DNA of 64,000 bases from a virus (taxonomy: Duplodnaviria > Heunggongvirae > Uroviricota > Caudoviricetes): the IMG/VR virus record IMGVR_UViG_3300029935_000001, positions 201,867 to 265,866 of that record; one strand, written 5' to 3'. Under the pieces are notes generated by a model. It was not told where the DNA came from, ran no database searches, and saw nothing but the letters and a program-made list of their open reading frames with translations. The translations under genes and the position numbers were made by a program. Each line of letters begins with the position of its first letter. The stretch's first letter is position 1. Shown here piece after piece: positions 8,480-16,157 of the stretch.

Positions 8480-8800
8480 ATGGACTACCGAGACTCGCCA
8501 ACAAAAACTCAAATCGGACTGGTAGTTGAGTGTGTAGGGCCCGATTCGAGCAAGACCTCGGTCATTTATTCCGTTGCTGGATTAGGTGTAATTTGTCCCG
8601 ACTTGCTGCTAACTTGCGGGTCCGCTTTTCGAATGTCAGTGTATCTCAGCGCACTGATTGACGGCACCGATCGATTGGCCGATGCGTTTGGACGCTACGC
8701 TATTAGCGTTTGGATTTCTGGGGAACAATACTACGACGCCGAGTCAATCGCAGCCGCTCTTGTTGCTGCTCACTATAACGCACAAAATAAGACTATATGA
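8480..8800 (+). CDS. hypothetical protein
   Basis: ATG overlaps the upstream stop (tgacATGg); in frame with track ORF 8342..8800. Confidence 0.4.
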   Translation: MDYRDSPTKTQIGLVVECVGPDSSKTSVIYSVAGLGVICPDLLLTCGSAFRMSVYLSALIDGTDRLADAFGRYAISVWISGEQYYDAESIAAALVAAHYNAQNKTI

Positions 8801-9246
8801 AATACACAATCGAACAAGCTGCTCAGATCCTCAACCTTGCTGGGCCTCGGCATGTGTCGGGATATGCTTGGCGCAAAACATTCCTTAATCACGTCACTTT
8901 GACCGAGGCACAGTGGCTGGCTACAAATCGCTGGCGCCGCGACATTCCGCAGCTTCAGAACGAAACTACTTACGATCGGTGTGTCGATGCTTGTGTGTGT
9001 GCACAATCGGGTAAGATTATCGTGACGGTTACTATCTACAACGGCGACCTGGTAGACGGGTTCCCCACTGATGCGCGTTGCAAGTTCGCCGGCGAGTTGA
9101 CCGAAATGTGCCCTGAGGTTGCAACGGTTGTAGAACAGGCGTTTGGGACACTGGTCGAAGCGGAAGTAGAACGACGCGAGAAAGCCCGTATCGACCGGCT
9201 GCGCGCAGAGGTCGAAGCACAGTTTTCCAGAACTTTCAACCTCTAA
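8797..9246 (+). CDS. hypothetical protein
   Basis: ATGA start/stop overlap with the previous gene. Confidence 0.45.
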   Translation: MKYTIEQAAQILNLAGPRHVSGYAWRKTFLNHVTLTEAQWLATNRWRRDIPQLQNETTYDRCVDACVCAQSGKIIVTVTIYNGDLVDGFPTDARCKFAGELTEMCPEVATVVEQAFGTLVEAEVERREKARIDRLRAEVEAQFSRTFNL

Positions 9247-9249
9247 CGG

Positions 9250-9306
9250 TTGACTTAAAACTCCCAAGTAGTTATAATAAGTTATTAAACAAATAAAGAG
9301 GCAAAT
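9250..9306 (+). promoter_or_regulatory. sigma70 promoter TTGACT-17-TATAAT with SD AAAGAGG (the original pnk promoter)
   Basis: -35 at 9250-9255, -10 at 9273-9278. Confidence 0.55.
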
Positions 9307-9339
9307 ATGCAAGCCATTATCACTGTTGGCGTTTCGTAA
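9307..9339 (+). pseudogene. displaced 5' remnant of pnk (MQAIITVGVS-stop)
   Basis: A 10-codon ORF behind a strong SD whose peptide and DNA (..GGCGTTTCG) match the start of the intact pnk gene (MGKAVICVGVSASGKS); it diverges exactly where the endonuclease cassette begins. Confidence 0.6.
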
Positions 9340-9395
9340 GGTAACTATTGCTGTCTCTGCCTAAAAGTGCATAAATAAAGCGTCAGGAGAGAATA

Positions 9396-10388
9396 GTGAT
9401 ACCAACAAGAGCGCAATACTTTTTTACTGAGCGTGGATTTTTTAGAAAAAACGTCCTCAAAGAAGAAAAGTTCAGTCAACGCTATCCAGCTGTTTATGCA
9501 GAAATTAACAAAATTACTTCAACCTCGTTGCCGTGGCGAGAACGAGTGTATCTATATATACATGATGCACAAGAACCCCCACTCTGCCACTGCGGATGCG
9601 GAGAGCGGTGTGCTTTTTCGAACTGCCAAGACTCGAGTCGATTTACATATTTAAAGTTTTATTCAACTAAGTGCAAAGCTCGTGCTTATGGCGGTGTTGG
9701 AAATCCGTTTTTTGGTAAAAATCACTCAGATGAGACAAAAGAAGCAATCAGAGTTAAAAAGCAGGGCAAAACATATTCGCCCGAAGTAAACGCTAAAAAA
9801 GTGCGTCGCGGTGCTCAAAACGGAATGTACCAGCGTTGTAACTATGACGTTTGGCTCGAAAAATACGGCCCAGAAATTGCTTTACAAAAGCAGTTAGCAG
9901 CAAACGCTAAAAAAGTGCGTCGCGGTGCTCAAAACGGAATGTATGGTAAGTCGCCATCAAAAAAAGCTGGCAATTCTGTTAAGTGTTGGTACAAAGGTTA
10001 CTTTTGCCGCAGTTTATCCGAGCTAAGTTTTATAATAAACTACTGCGAGCGATTTAGGTTATTGTTTGAAACTGCCGAAACTACAAAATACAAAGTTGTT
10101 ATAGGTCCTAATAAAACGTACAGACCGGATTTTTTAGTAAACAACAAATTTATTGTTGAGATCAAACCAAAAGGGCTACAGAAGGCCCATGCTGACAAGT
10201 TTAGCATAGCCAAAGCAGAGTTTCTAAAGCAAGGGCTAACGTTTAAAGTCATTGACCCTATTAAAAAACTAAGTTATAATGACATTTTTGCGCTAATGCA
10301 AACGGGTGCCGTAGAAATAATGGCTGCTACGCATAGCAAAACTTATAACAACTTTATGAAAAGGTATCAAAAATGGGCAAAGCGGTAA
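9396..10388 (+). CDS. free-standing homing endonuclease (Zn-finger + NUMOD3 repeats + C-terminal PD-(D/E)xK-like nuclease)
   Basis: GTG start after AGGAGAG; CHCGCG zinc motif; NUMOD3-like GKNHSDETKEAIRVKKQGK; duplicated AKKVRRGAQNGMY module; C-terminal RPDF...VEIKPK motif; inserted between the pnk remnant and the intact pnk. Confidence 0.7.
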   Translation: MIPTRAQYFFTERGFFRKNVLKEEKFSQRYPAVYAEINKITSTSLPWRERVYLYIHDAQEPPLCHCGCGERCAFSNCQDSSRFTYLKFYSTKCKARAYGGVGNPFFGKNHSDETKEAIRVKKQGKTYSPEVNAKKVRRGAQNGMYQRCNYDVWLEKYGPEIALQKQLAANAKKVRRGAQNGMYGKSPSKKAGNSVKCWYKGYFCRSLSELSFIINYCERFRLLFETAETTKYKVVIGPNKTYRPDFLVNNKFIVEIKPKGLQKAHADKFSIAKAEFLKQGLTFKVIDPIKKLSYNDIFALMQTGAVEIMAATHSKTYNNFMKRYQKWAKR

Positions 10389-11281
10389 TCTGTGTCGGCG
10401 TTTCGGCTTCTGGAAAAAGCACCTGGGCGCGCAATTTCATCCACGACCGTACTACGAATGCCGGCGAGCAGTGGGTTGACATCAATCGCGACTGGGAACG
10501 GCGCTGTATTTTGGTCGAAAAGTCGCAAGGTCAGATTGACCGGCTCGTTTGGCGCCACTGGAAGTGGAAGTGGGAGGACGAAGTCACCCAACGTTGTGAA
10601 GCTCGTCTTGCCGAAGCGGCTGCTGCCCAGAAAAGTGTTGTGATCTCGGATACCAACCTGAATCGAGACCGCCGGACGGCTTTGAAGCACAAGCTCGAAG
10701 CACTTGGGTACGATGTTGAATACAAGTTTTTCTCGGTTACGTTCGAGGAAGCGTGCCGGCGCGATGCTGAACGCGAAAACGGTGTTGGTTACTCGGTGAT
10801 CGCTAAGCAGTTTGAGCAGTGGAATGCCGAGTTTCATGCTAAGCACATCCTGCAAGCTGGTTTGCCTGAATGCGTGATCGTTGACATCGACGGCACCATG
10901 GCTCACATGAAGGGGCGCGGCCCGTTTGATTGGGCGCGAGTGGGCGAAGATACAGTCGACCCGGTTGTGGATCGAATGGTCCAAGCCCTTCAAGACCAAG
11001 GATTTAAGATCGTTTTCCTGTCGGGGCGCGATGGCTGCTGCGAAGCTGAAACTCGCGAATGGCTCCGCAACAAGACCAGCGTCGGCGAGTTCGAGCTGTT
11101 TATGCGCACGGCAGGCGATTCGCGACGCGACGACATTGTCAAGCAAGAATTGCTTGCTGAGCATGTCGAAGGGCGTTACAATGTTTTTTGCGTGTTCGAC
11201 GATCGCCCCCAAATGATTCGCAAGTGGCATGCTATGGGTCTCAAGGTAATGGCTGTTAGCAACCCGTACCTCGAGTTTTAA
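10373..11281 (+). CDS. pnk: polynucleotide 5'-kinase/3'-phosphatase (T4 Pnk-like)
   Basis: N-terminal P-loop GVSASGKST; C-terminal HAD phosphatase motif VIVDIDGTM (DxDGT) plus downstream Asp residues; same domain order as T4 PseT. Confidence 0.8.
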   Translation: MGKAVICVGVSASGKSTWARNFIHDRTTNAGEQWVDINRDWERRCILVEKSQGQIDRLVWRHWKWKWEDEVTQRCEARLAEAAAAQKSVVISDTNLNRDRRTALKHKLEALGYDVEYKFFSVTFEEACRRDAERENGVGYSVIAKQFEQWNAEFHAKHILQAGLPECVIVDIDGTMAHMKGRGPFDWARVGEDTVDPVVDRMVQALQDQGFKIVFLSGRDGCCEAETREWLRNKTSVGEFELFMRTAGDSRRDDIVKQELLAEHVEGRYNVFCVFDDRPQMIRKWHAMGLKVMAVSNPYLEF

Positions 11282-11282
11282 C

Positions 11283-11570
11283 ATGTGGTTTGAAGTATTA
11301 GATGAGCGTGTTGGCCCGTATGTAGTAGTTAACGGACACGGATTTGTCTACTACATACGGGCCGAACACTACTATCATCACCTGCTGTCAGGTGATACAT
11401 TCTATTCGCTAACCCTGCTGCAGATTGCTGACTTCGCGATTGATCTACAAACTAATGAGATCAAAAAGTGTCGAGTACCGTGTCACAAGTTAGTCGAATC
11501 TTATATTTTAAGGAATCACCAAGATGATGTTCATCCCGAAAGAAAAACTGAAGAGCGGTGCGTACTATGA
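11283..11570 (+). CDS. hypothetical protein
   Basis: ORF immediately after pnk. Confidence 0.4.
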   Translation: MWFEVLDERVGPYVVVNGHGFVYYIRAEHYYHHLLSGDTFYSLTLLQIADFAIDLQTNEIKKCRVPCHKLVESYILRNHQDDVHPERKTEERCVL

Positions 11571-11784
11571 AGGGCGCAGTCGAAACTCATCGCTGGCCCG
11601 CTGGAACGGCGATGTGTTTATCTACTGGCGCTATAAGATGGGCGAGCATTTTCTCGACGAAATCGGTTGCCCTGAGGATGACCGATACAATGGGTTCGAC
11701 GTGTTTTTGCCTACTCGCGAGCTCAAAGAACTACCAAAGGGCTGCAAGGTTATCCCAATGTCTATAACTCCAGGGAAAGAATAA
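11524..11784 (+). CDS. hypothetical protein
   Basis: ORF with AGGAATCACCAAG ahead of the ATG. Confidence 0.4.
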   Translation: MMFIPKEKLKSGAYYEGRSRNSSLARWNGDVFIYWRYKMGEHFLDEIGCPEDDRYNGFDVFLPTRELKELPKGCKVIPMSITPGKE

Positions 11785-11930
11785 TGGCTAAGAAAAAAGT
11801 CAAAGCAAAGGTGATTACAGCCCGCCCTGCTGAGTATGCTCGATTTTACCTTCGAGTATCCGAAAGCCCGGCGTCTCCGGCACAGCTTCCTGAGCTCATG
11901 GTTCGGCAGGTTCTGGACCGAGGGGTCTAA
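11784..11930 (+). CDS. small basic protein (48 aa)
   Basis: taATGg overlap with the upstream stop; SD GGGAAAGAA. Confidence 0.35.
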   Translation: MAKKKVKAKVITARPAEYARFYLRVSESPASPAQLPELMVRQVLDRGV

Positions 11931-11933
11931 GCT

Positions 11934-12737
11934 ATGCGCGTAGGGATCGTTGGGCATTGTGGCGTAGTTGGTTCTGCATACGCCCGCATTTATACAAATC
12001 GTGGAGCCAATGTCATTGGAATTGATCCAGCTGACCACAACTCTGCTAGCTATAGCGACCTCGATGGTGTTCGGTTAGTGTATGTTTGTGTGCCTAGCCC
12101 AACCACCGGGACTGGCTGGTGCGATACCTCGGTGCTAGAGCAAACGGTTATGCAGGTAGCTGCATTAAATCTGAAGGTGCCGATTGTGTGCAAGACTACT
12201 GCGCCGCCGTCGGTCTATGCGCAACTTCAAGCGCAGGCACCGGAAGTGATTCATGCACCTGAATTTTTGCGGCAAGACCACGCTCGCTACGATATTGAGC
12301 ATGCTGAGCTGTTAGTGTATGGGGGCGCAGCCCGAGTGACCCAACTGGTTGCGCGGCTCGAAGCTGAGTTTATTTACGATTCATTTCGTGCTCGCGTCGA
12401 AATGACTGACATCAAGACTGCTGCGCTATACAAATACCTGCGCAACGCGTACCTGGCTGCTAAGGTCACGTTCATGAATGATTTCTACAATCTAGCCACA
12501 GCCGCACAGGTAGATTGGAAGAACGTCCAGCACATCCTCGAGCGCGACGAGCACCTCGGTCCTACTCACAACGCAGTACCTGGCAAGGACGGGTTTGGCT
12601 GGGCCGGTCCGTGTTTTCCGAAAGACTTGACTGCGCTAGTTAGCTATGCTAACGTACATGCTGTAGACTTACCTGTGCTCGAAACCGTTCTCAAGCGCAA
12701 TCAACAACATCGTCTAAAAAACAAGGACACAAAATGA
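11934..12737 (+). CDS. UDP-glucose/GDP-mannose dehydrogenase-family protein (short form)
   Basis: Rossmann GIVGHCGVVGSA; APEFLRQDHARYD (compare NPEFLREG); catalytic-Cys motif GWAGPCFPKDL (compare GGSCFPKD); lacks the C-terminal UDP-binding domain. Confidence 0.55.
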   Translation: MRVGIVGHCGVVGSAYARIYTNRGANVIGIDPADHNSASYSDLDGVRLVYVCVPSPTTGTGWCDTSVLEQTVMQVAALNLKVPIVCKTTAPPSVYAQLQAQAPEVIHAPEFLRQDHARYDIEHAELLVYGGAARVTQLVARLEAEFIYDSFRARVEMTDIKTAALYKYLRNAYLAAKVTFMNDFYNLATAAQVDWKNVQHILERDEHLGPTHNAVPGKDGFGWAGPCFPKDLTALVSYANVHAVDLPVLETVLKRNQQHRLKNKDTK

Positions 12738-13285
12738 AAGTTCAAACTGAAGAAAGTATTGTTAACCAACTCGCTGATCAAATCGCGCGACTAGAAACTC
12801 TTATTGCTGAGGCCAAGGCAGTTCTTGGCATTAAAGCAGACACTCAAACTGCTGATCTATCCAGCACTTCGCCCATCATTTACCGTCGGCTTCGCTTGCA
12901 GACTGAACAAGGCACCCCCGACAACCTCAACTGTATTACGTTTGCGTTCCGCATCAACTACGCTGCCAACGTATTGCAGGCGGGCTGGAGTATTGCTAAC
13001 AACGAAAACGTGGATCTCGAGCGTGGTCGTGCGTTGGCTGCTGAACGCCTTGACAAGGATCCACTTGAAGTAGAGTACAAGGCTGGTCGCAGCCTAGTCA
13101 ACAACGTATATGCTCACTTTTTTGGTGCGGGGCCGCTGGCTCACCTGCTTAACGGTTCGTTTAACAACAATCTATACAACGCGCTAAAGCGCAAGCTTCG
13201 CGGCATGCAGTCACAAAAAACTGTGCACATCGAAGACGCGTTCGAACAGGTAGTTCAAACTATGAATCGTAGAAAAAAAGGTTGA
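12734..13285 (+). CDS. hypothetical protein
   Basis: ATGA overlap with the previous gene; ends ...RRKKG-stop, with the TGA inside the next -35 box. Confidence 0.45.
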   Translation: MKVQTEESIVNQLADQIARLETLIAEAKAVLGIKADTQTADLSSTSPIIYRRLRLQTEQGTPDNLNCITFAFRINYAANVLQAGWSIANNENVDLERGRALAAERLDKDPLEVEYKAGRSLVNNVYAHFFGAGPLAHLLNGSFNNNLYNALKRKLRGMQSQKTVHIEDAFEQVVQTMNRRKKG

Positions 13286-13341
13286 CCAGAGCAGCCACGT
13301 TGCGTATAATACGTACATAAGATAACGCAACGGAGCAAGCA
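13282..13341 (+). promoter_or_regulatory. conserved promoter-leader cassette
   Basis: aaaaaaGGTTGACC-17-TATAAT-acgtacataagataACGCAACGGAGCAAGCAATG. Confidence 0.7.
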
Positions 13342-13503
13342 ATGCGCCAAGTTACTAAGAAAGAGTTTTACGAAGTATGCAAGAGCAAACCCCGTGCTGC
13401 GTCGGTCGTTGGCGGCGTTGAACTGCGTTATTACAGCCGAGCCAAACAACTAATCGGCAAGGCGTGCCGCATCAACAAAAAAATTACATATTGGGTGTTC
13501 TAA
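13342..13503 (+). CDS. small basic protein (53 aa)
   Basis: ATG at the canonical position after the conserved leader. Confidence 0.5.
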   Translation: MRQVTKKEFYEVCKSKPRAASVVGGVELRYYSRAKQLIGKACRINKKITYWVF

Positions 13504-13516
13504 GAAAGGCCACAAA

Positions 13517-13909
13517 ATGATCTCTTACGCAAACGCATGTGCCGCAGTTGGTTATGACCCGCGTGCCGAACGTCCGGCTCCCGAGTACCAGTTTTACGCC
13601 TACAAAGCCGGAAAGGCTGTAGCATTTCCCGCCTTCGACCTTGCGATGAAGTATAGCCGGAACGTCGAGCGAGTAGCTGTCAACCAAAACGAGATCGACG
13701 CCTTCCGGGACAACCAACGCAAGCGCGAGCAGCAAGCCGCTAAGTATTGGTACGATGAGCTGCGTAGCGACTTCCGGGACCTCTCGGACAAGCAATTTGC
13801 GCTGGTGTATGCTCGCGCGTACGAAGAGTGCCACAGCTCAGGCTACGACGATATTGCTGCTGAGGTTGACACGCTTGTGGATCTATGCCGAGCGTTCGCT
13901 AACGCCTAA
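13517..13909 (+). CDS. hypothetical protein
   Basis: SD AAGAAAGG upstream. Confidence 0.45.
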   Translation: MISYANACAAVGYDPRAERPAPEYQFYAYKAGKAVAFPAFDLAMKYSRNVERVAVNQNEIDAFRDNQRKREQQAAKYWYDELRSDFRDLSDKQFALVYARAYEECHSSGYDDIAAEVDTLVDLCRAFANA

Positions 13910-13920
13910 TCGCAAAAAAA

Positions 13921-13984
13921 GGTTGCTCGCCTGGGCAGCCTTTGCTATAATGTTTTTGTTAAGACACTACTAAGGAACCGCACA
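13921..13984 (+). promoter_or_regulatory. sigma70 promoter TTGCTC-17-TATAAT
   Basis: aaaaaaaGGTTGCTC...TATAAT at 13944-13949; drives the RNA ligase gene. Confidence 0.55.
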
Positions 13985-15082
13985 ATGCGTAAGCTTGCTA
14001 CCATTCGTAAGATCGCCGAGATCAAGCCCATCGAGGGCGCCGACGCCATTGAACATTACCGCGTACTTGGGTGGTGGGTCGTTGACAAAAAAGGTGCCCA
14101 TCAAGTCGGCGACCTTGTCATTTACCTCGAGATCGATTCCTGGGCGCCCAATGAGCTGGCTCCGTTCCTGAGCAAGGGCAAAGAGCCGCGCGAATACAAC
14201 GGCGTTAAGGGCGAGCGCCTCAAAACTGTTAAGCTTCGCGGCGCTATCTCGCAAGGGCTGCTGCTGCCCGTTAAAACCGGAATCGGCGGCTACCCGTTTG
14301 TTGAGGGCTCCGCCGGCGAGCACACTGTTGTTCACGAAGGCGACGATGTCTCCGAACTGCTCGGCATTCAAAAATACGAGCCGCCCGTTCCGGCTCAGCT
14401 GCGCGGCAAGATTGCCGGCACGTTCCCGAGCTGGCTGCGAAAAACTGACCAGGAACGGATCCAATCTTGTTTTGCGGAGATTGAGCCTCTGCTCAGCGGC
14501 CTTTGGGTGATTGAAGAAAAGCTCGATGGGTCGTCTATGACTGTTGGCTACCGCAAGGGTGATTTTATCCTCGACAAGGATGGCCAGCCCATCCCTGAAG
14601 AAACTGTGGTTTGCTCGCGTAATCTGTCGCTCAAGCTCGACGATGACGCTAACTCGTTTGTGCGTGTGGCCCGAGAAACTGGCGTGCTTGACGCGCTGAA
14701 GGCGTATGGCCGTAACCTGGGCATTTCAGGCGAGCTGTGCGGCGAGGGCATCCAGGGTAACAAGTATAACCTCAAGGGCCAGCGCTGGTTTGTTTTCGAC
14801 ATTCTCGACGTTGATCGGGCCGAGTACGTTAGTTACGAAGAGCGCCAGCTGATCATCAATGATCTCGTTGCGCTCGGCGCCCAACTTGATCAAACTCCAC
14901 TGATTGCTGAGGGCGTTACGCTTGAGGGCATGACCGTCGACGGCTTGCTCCGAGCTGCTGAAGCGAAGAGTGCGCTGAATATTCAAGCCGAGCGTGAAGG
15001 ACTGGTATATAAGAGTGTTGAGCGGCCTGATGTGTCGTTCAAGGCTATTAGCAATCGGTGGTTGCTTAAAACTGGGGAATAA
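13985..15082 (+). CDS. ATP-dependent RNA ligase with N-terminal OB/tRNA-binding-like domain (Rnl5/DraRnl-like)
   Basis: N-terminal Myf/EMAP-like OB segment (RKIAEIKPIEGADAIEHYRVLGWWVV); nucleotidyltransferase motif I KLDGSS, motif IV EGLVYK, motif V FKAIS. Confidence 0.75.
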   Translation: MRKLATIRKIAEIKPIEGADAIEHYRVLGWWVVDKKGAHQVGDLVIYLEIDSWAPNELAPFLSKGKEPREYNGVKGERLKTVKLRGAISQGLLLPVKTGIGGYPFVEGSAGEHTVVHEGDDVSELLGIQKYEPPVPAQLRGKIAGTFPSWLRKTDQERIQSCFAEIEPLLSGLWVIEEKLDGSSMTVGYRKGDFILDKDGQPIPEETVVCSRNLSLKLDDDANSFVRVARETGVLDALKAYGRNLGISGELCGEGIQGNKYNLKGQRWFVFDILDVDRAEYVSYEERQLIINDLVALGAQLDQTPLIAEGVTLEGMTVDGLLRAAEAKSALNIQAEREGLVYKSVERPDVSFKAISNRWLLKTGE

Positions 15083-15086
15083 CAGT

Positions 15087-15188
15087 ATGACCAATCGTTT
15101 TGTTGCTTGGGTAGAATATCACTGCCCTGTTATTAGTGCAGCCGCGCAAGCGGCTGCGTTTGGCTACGTTACTGGAATGCAGCTATGA
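15087..15188 (+). CDS. very small ORF (33 aa)
   Basis: SD GGGGAA ahead of the ATG. Confidence 0.25.
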   Translation: MTNRFVAWVEYHCPVISAAAQAAAFGYVTGMQL

Positions 15189-15601
15189 AAAATCACACCG
15201 TTACGTTCTACAGTCCAGGCACGTTTGTGTCCGAAACCACCAAGGTCGAAATCTCCGAGTGGGATGTTGATACTGCGCTGCGGCTTGCGTTTGGGATTAC
15301 TGAACGCCACGGTGCTCGACCGTACGCGTTCCGCTTTGCTACCGAAACAGTCGGGCTGGATGCCCCAGCTACCGAAACAGCAAGATCGCCATTGCACTTT
15401 ATTGGCGGTCGTGTTCGCACGTTAGCTGAAGTCGAAGCAGACAACCTGCCCGGCGAAGAAGTGCTGCGCTGGAACATGAAGCACAACGGTATTGCTCGTG
15501 TGATCGAAACCAACACATCATACAAGCATACCTCCGAGCTAAAAGACGACGATATCGTTCTCGACGAGAAATATCTGACAGCTTTTAGACTCGCAAACTG
15601 A
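15185..15601 (+). CDS. hypothetical protein
   Basis: ATGA overlap with the previous ORF; followed by an intrinsic terminator. Confidence 0.45.
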   Translation: MKNHTVTFYSPGTFVSETTKVEISEWDVDTALRLAFGITERHGARPYAFRFATETVGLDAPATETARSPLHFIGGRVRTLAEVEADNLPGEEVLRWNMKHNGIARVIETNTSYKHTSELKDDDIVLDEKYLTAFRLAN

Positions 15602-15609
15602 TGTAAATA

Positions 15610-15643
15610 GCGAGGTGTGTTGAAAAACCACCTCGCTTTGTTG
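15610..15643 (+). terminator. intrinsic terminator (gcgaggtg...cacctcgc + tttgttg)
   Basis: 8-bp GC-rich stem followed by a U-tract. Confidence 0.65.
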
Positions 15644-16117
15644 CATCAACAGTGGGACCGCAAACCACTATAAAAAGTGCGCTAACAGGACAGTCTGGTA
15701 TGCGCTCGCATACTCCCATTGAGCTAGCCGAGGTAGTGCTCGTAGCCAGCAGATCTTGGGTCCGCCGCCAGCAGGCAAACGGTTGCCGATTTTGTGACCC
15801 GAGGAAAGCCGCCGAGAGGAGATGCGAGAGTTCTCTAAATGATGTGGGCAACTGTGAAAAAGATACAACCCACGCTTTGTATAACTGAAGGTGTAGAGGT
15901 TATACAAGGAACCGTTGAAAGCCAATAACCGATGTAGGGGGTACAGGTCAACCGCCTCCGCGCTGCAGATGTTCGGCAGTAATCAGGGCTACACCCACGC
16001 GGAAACGCCCGACTCGTCGAATTCCTGTGAAAATTTGCCCGCTCTGGGCAAATTACGACCAATCTTTCGAATATCCCTTAAAAACTTTAAAATAATTGCC
16101 ATAAGAATTTGTTTGCG

Positions 16118-16157
16118 AACGAGTTGAACACGAGTGACAAACGAGTGTGAGCGAGTG
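16118..16157. repeat. four iteron-like ACGAGTG repeats phased about 11 bp apart, next to an AT-rich stretch
   Basis: aACGAGTTg / cACGAGTG / aACGAGTG / gCGAGTG at 16118-16157; the AT-rich run aaaactttaaaataattgccataagaattt lies at 16081-16110. Confidence 0.45.

Larger units (their letters stand above)
9250..10388 (+). mobile_element. homing-endonuclease cassette inserted at the 5' end of pnk
   Basis: Order is: promoter/SD, truncated pnk start, endonuclease ORF, then a complete recoded pnk start. Confidence 0.55.

Noticed and set aside
7933-8481. 182-aa minus-strand ORF lying upstream of the GIY-YIG gene.
   Set aside because: It reads through the 8036-8097 promoter-leader antisense and has odd composition. 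The same DNA carries three + strand ORFs with proper SD and leader starts.
10367-11284. 305-aa minus-strand ORF exactly antisense to pnk.
   Set aside because: It is a mirror ORF of a GC-balanced coding region. pnk has clear P-loop and DxDGT motifs, whereas the antisense product has none.
13255-13449. Family of minus-strand ORFs that all contain the peptide ...RCVTLCSYYT... or ...CVILCTYYT.... Examples: 13255..13449, 19669..19902, 21181..21477, 49355..49576, 52431..52694, 54953..55210, 58321..58599, 63105..63659, 7933..8481.
   Set aside because: They are the antisense translation of the conserved promoter-leader cassette. Their similarity is a DNA-repeat artefact, and they lack starts and SDs of their own.
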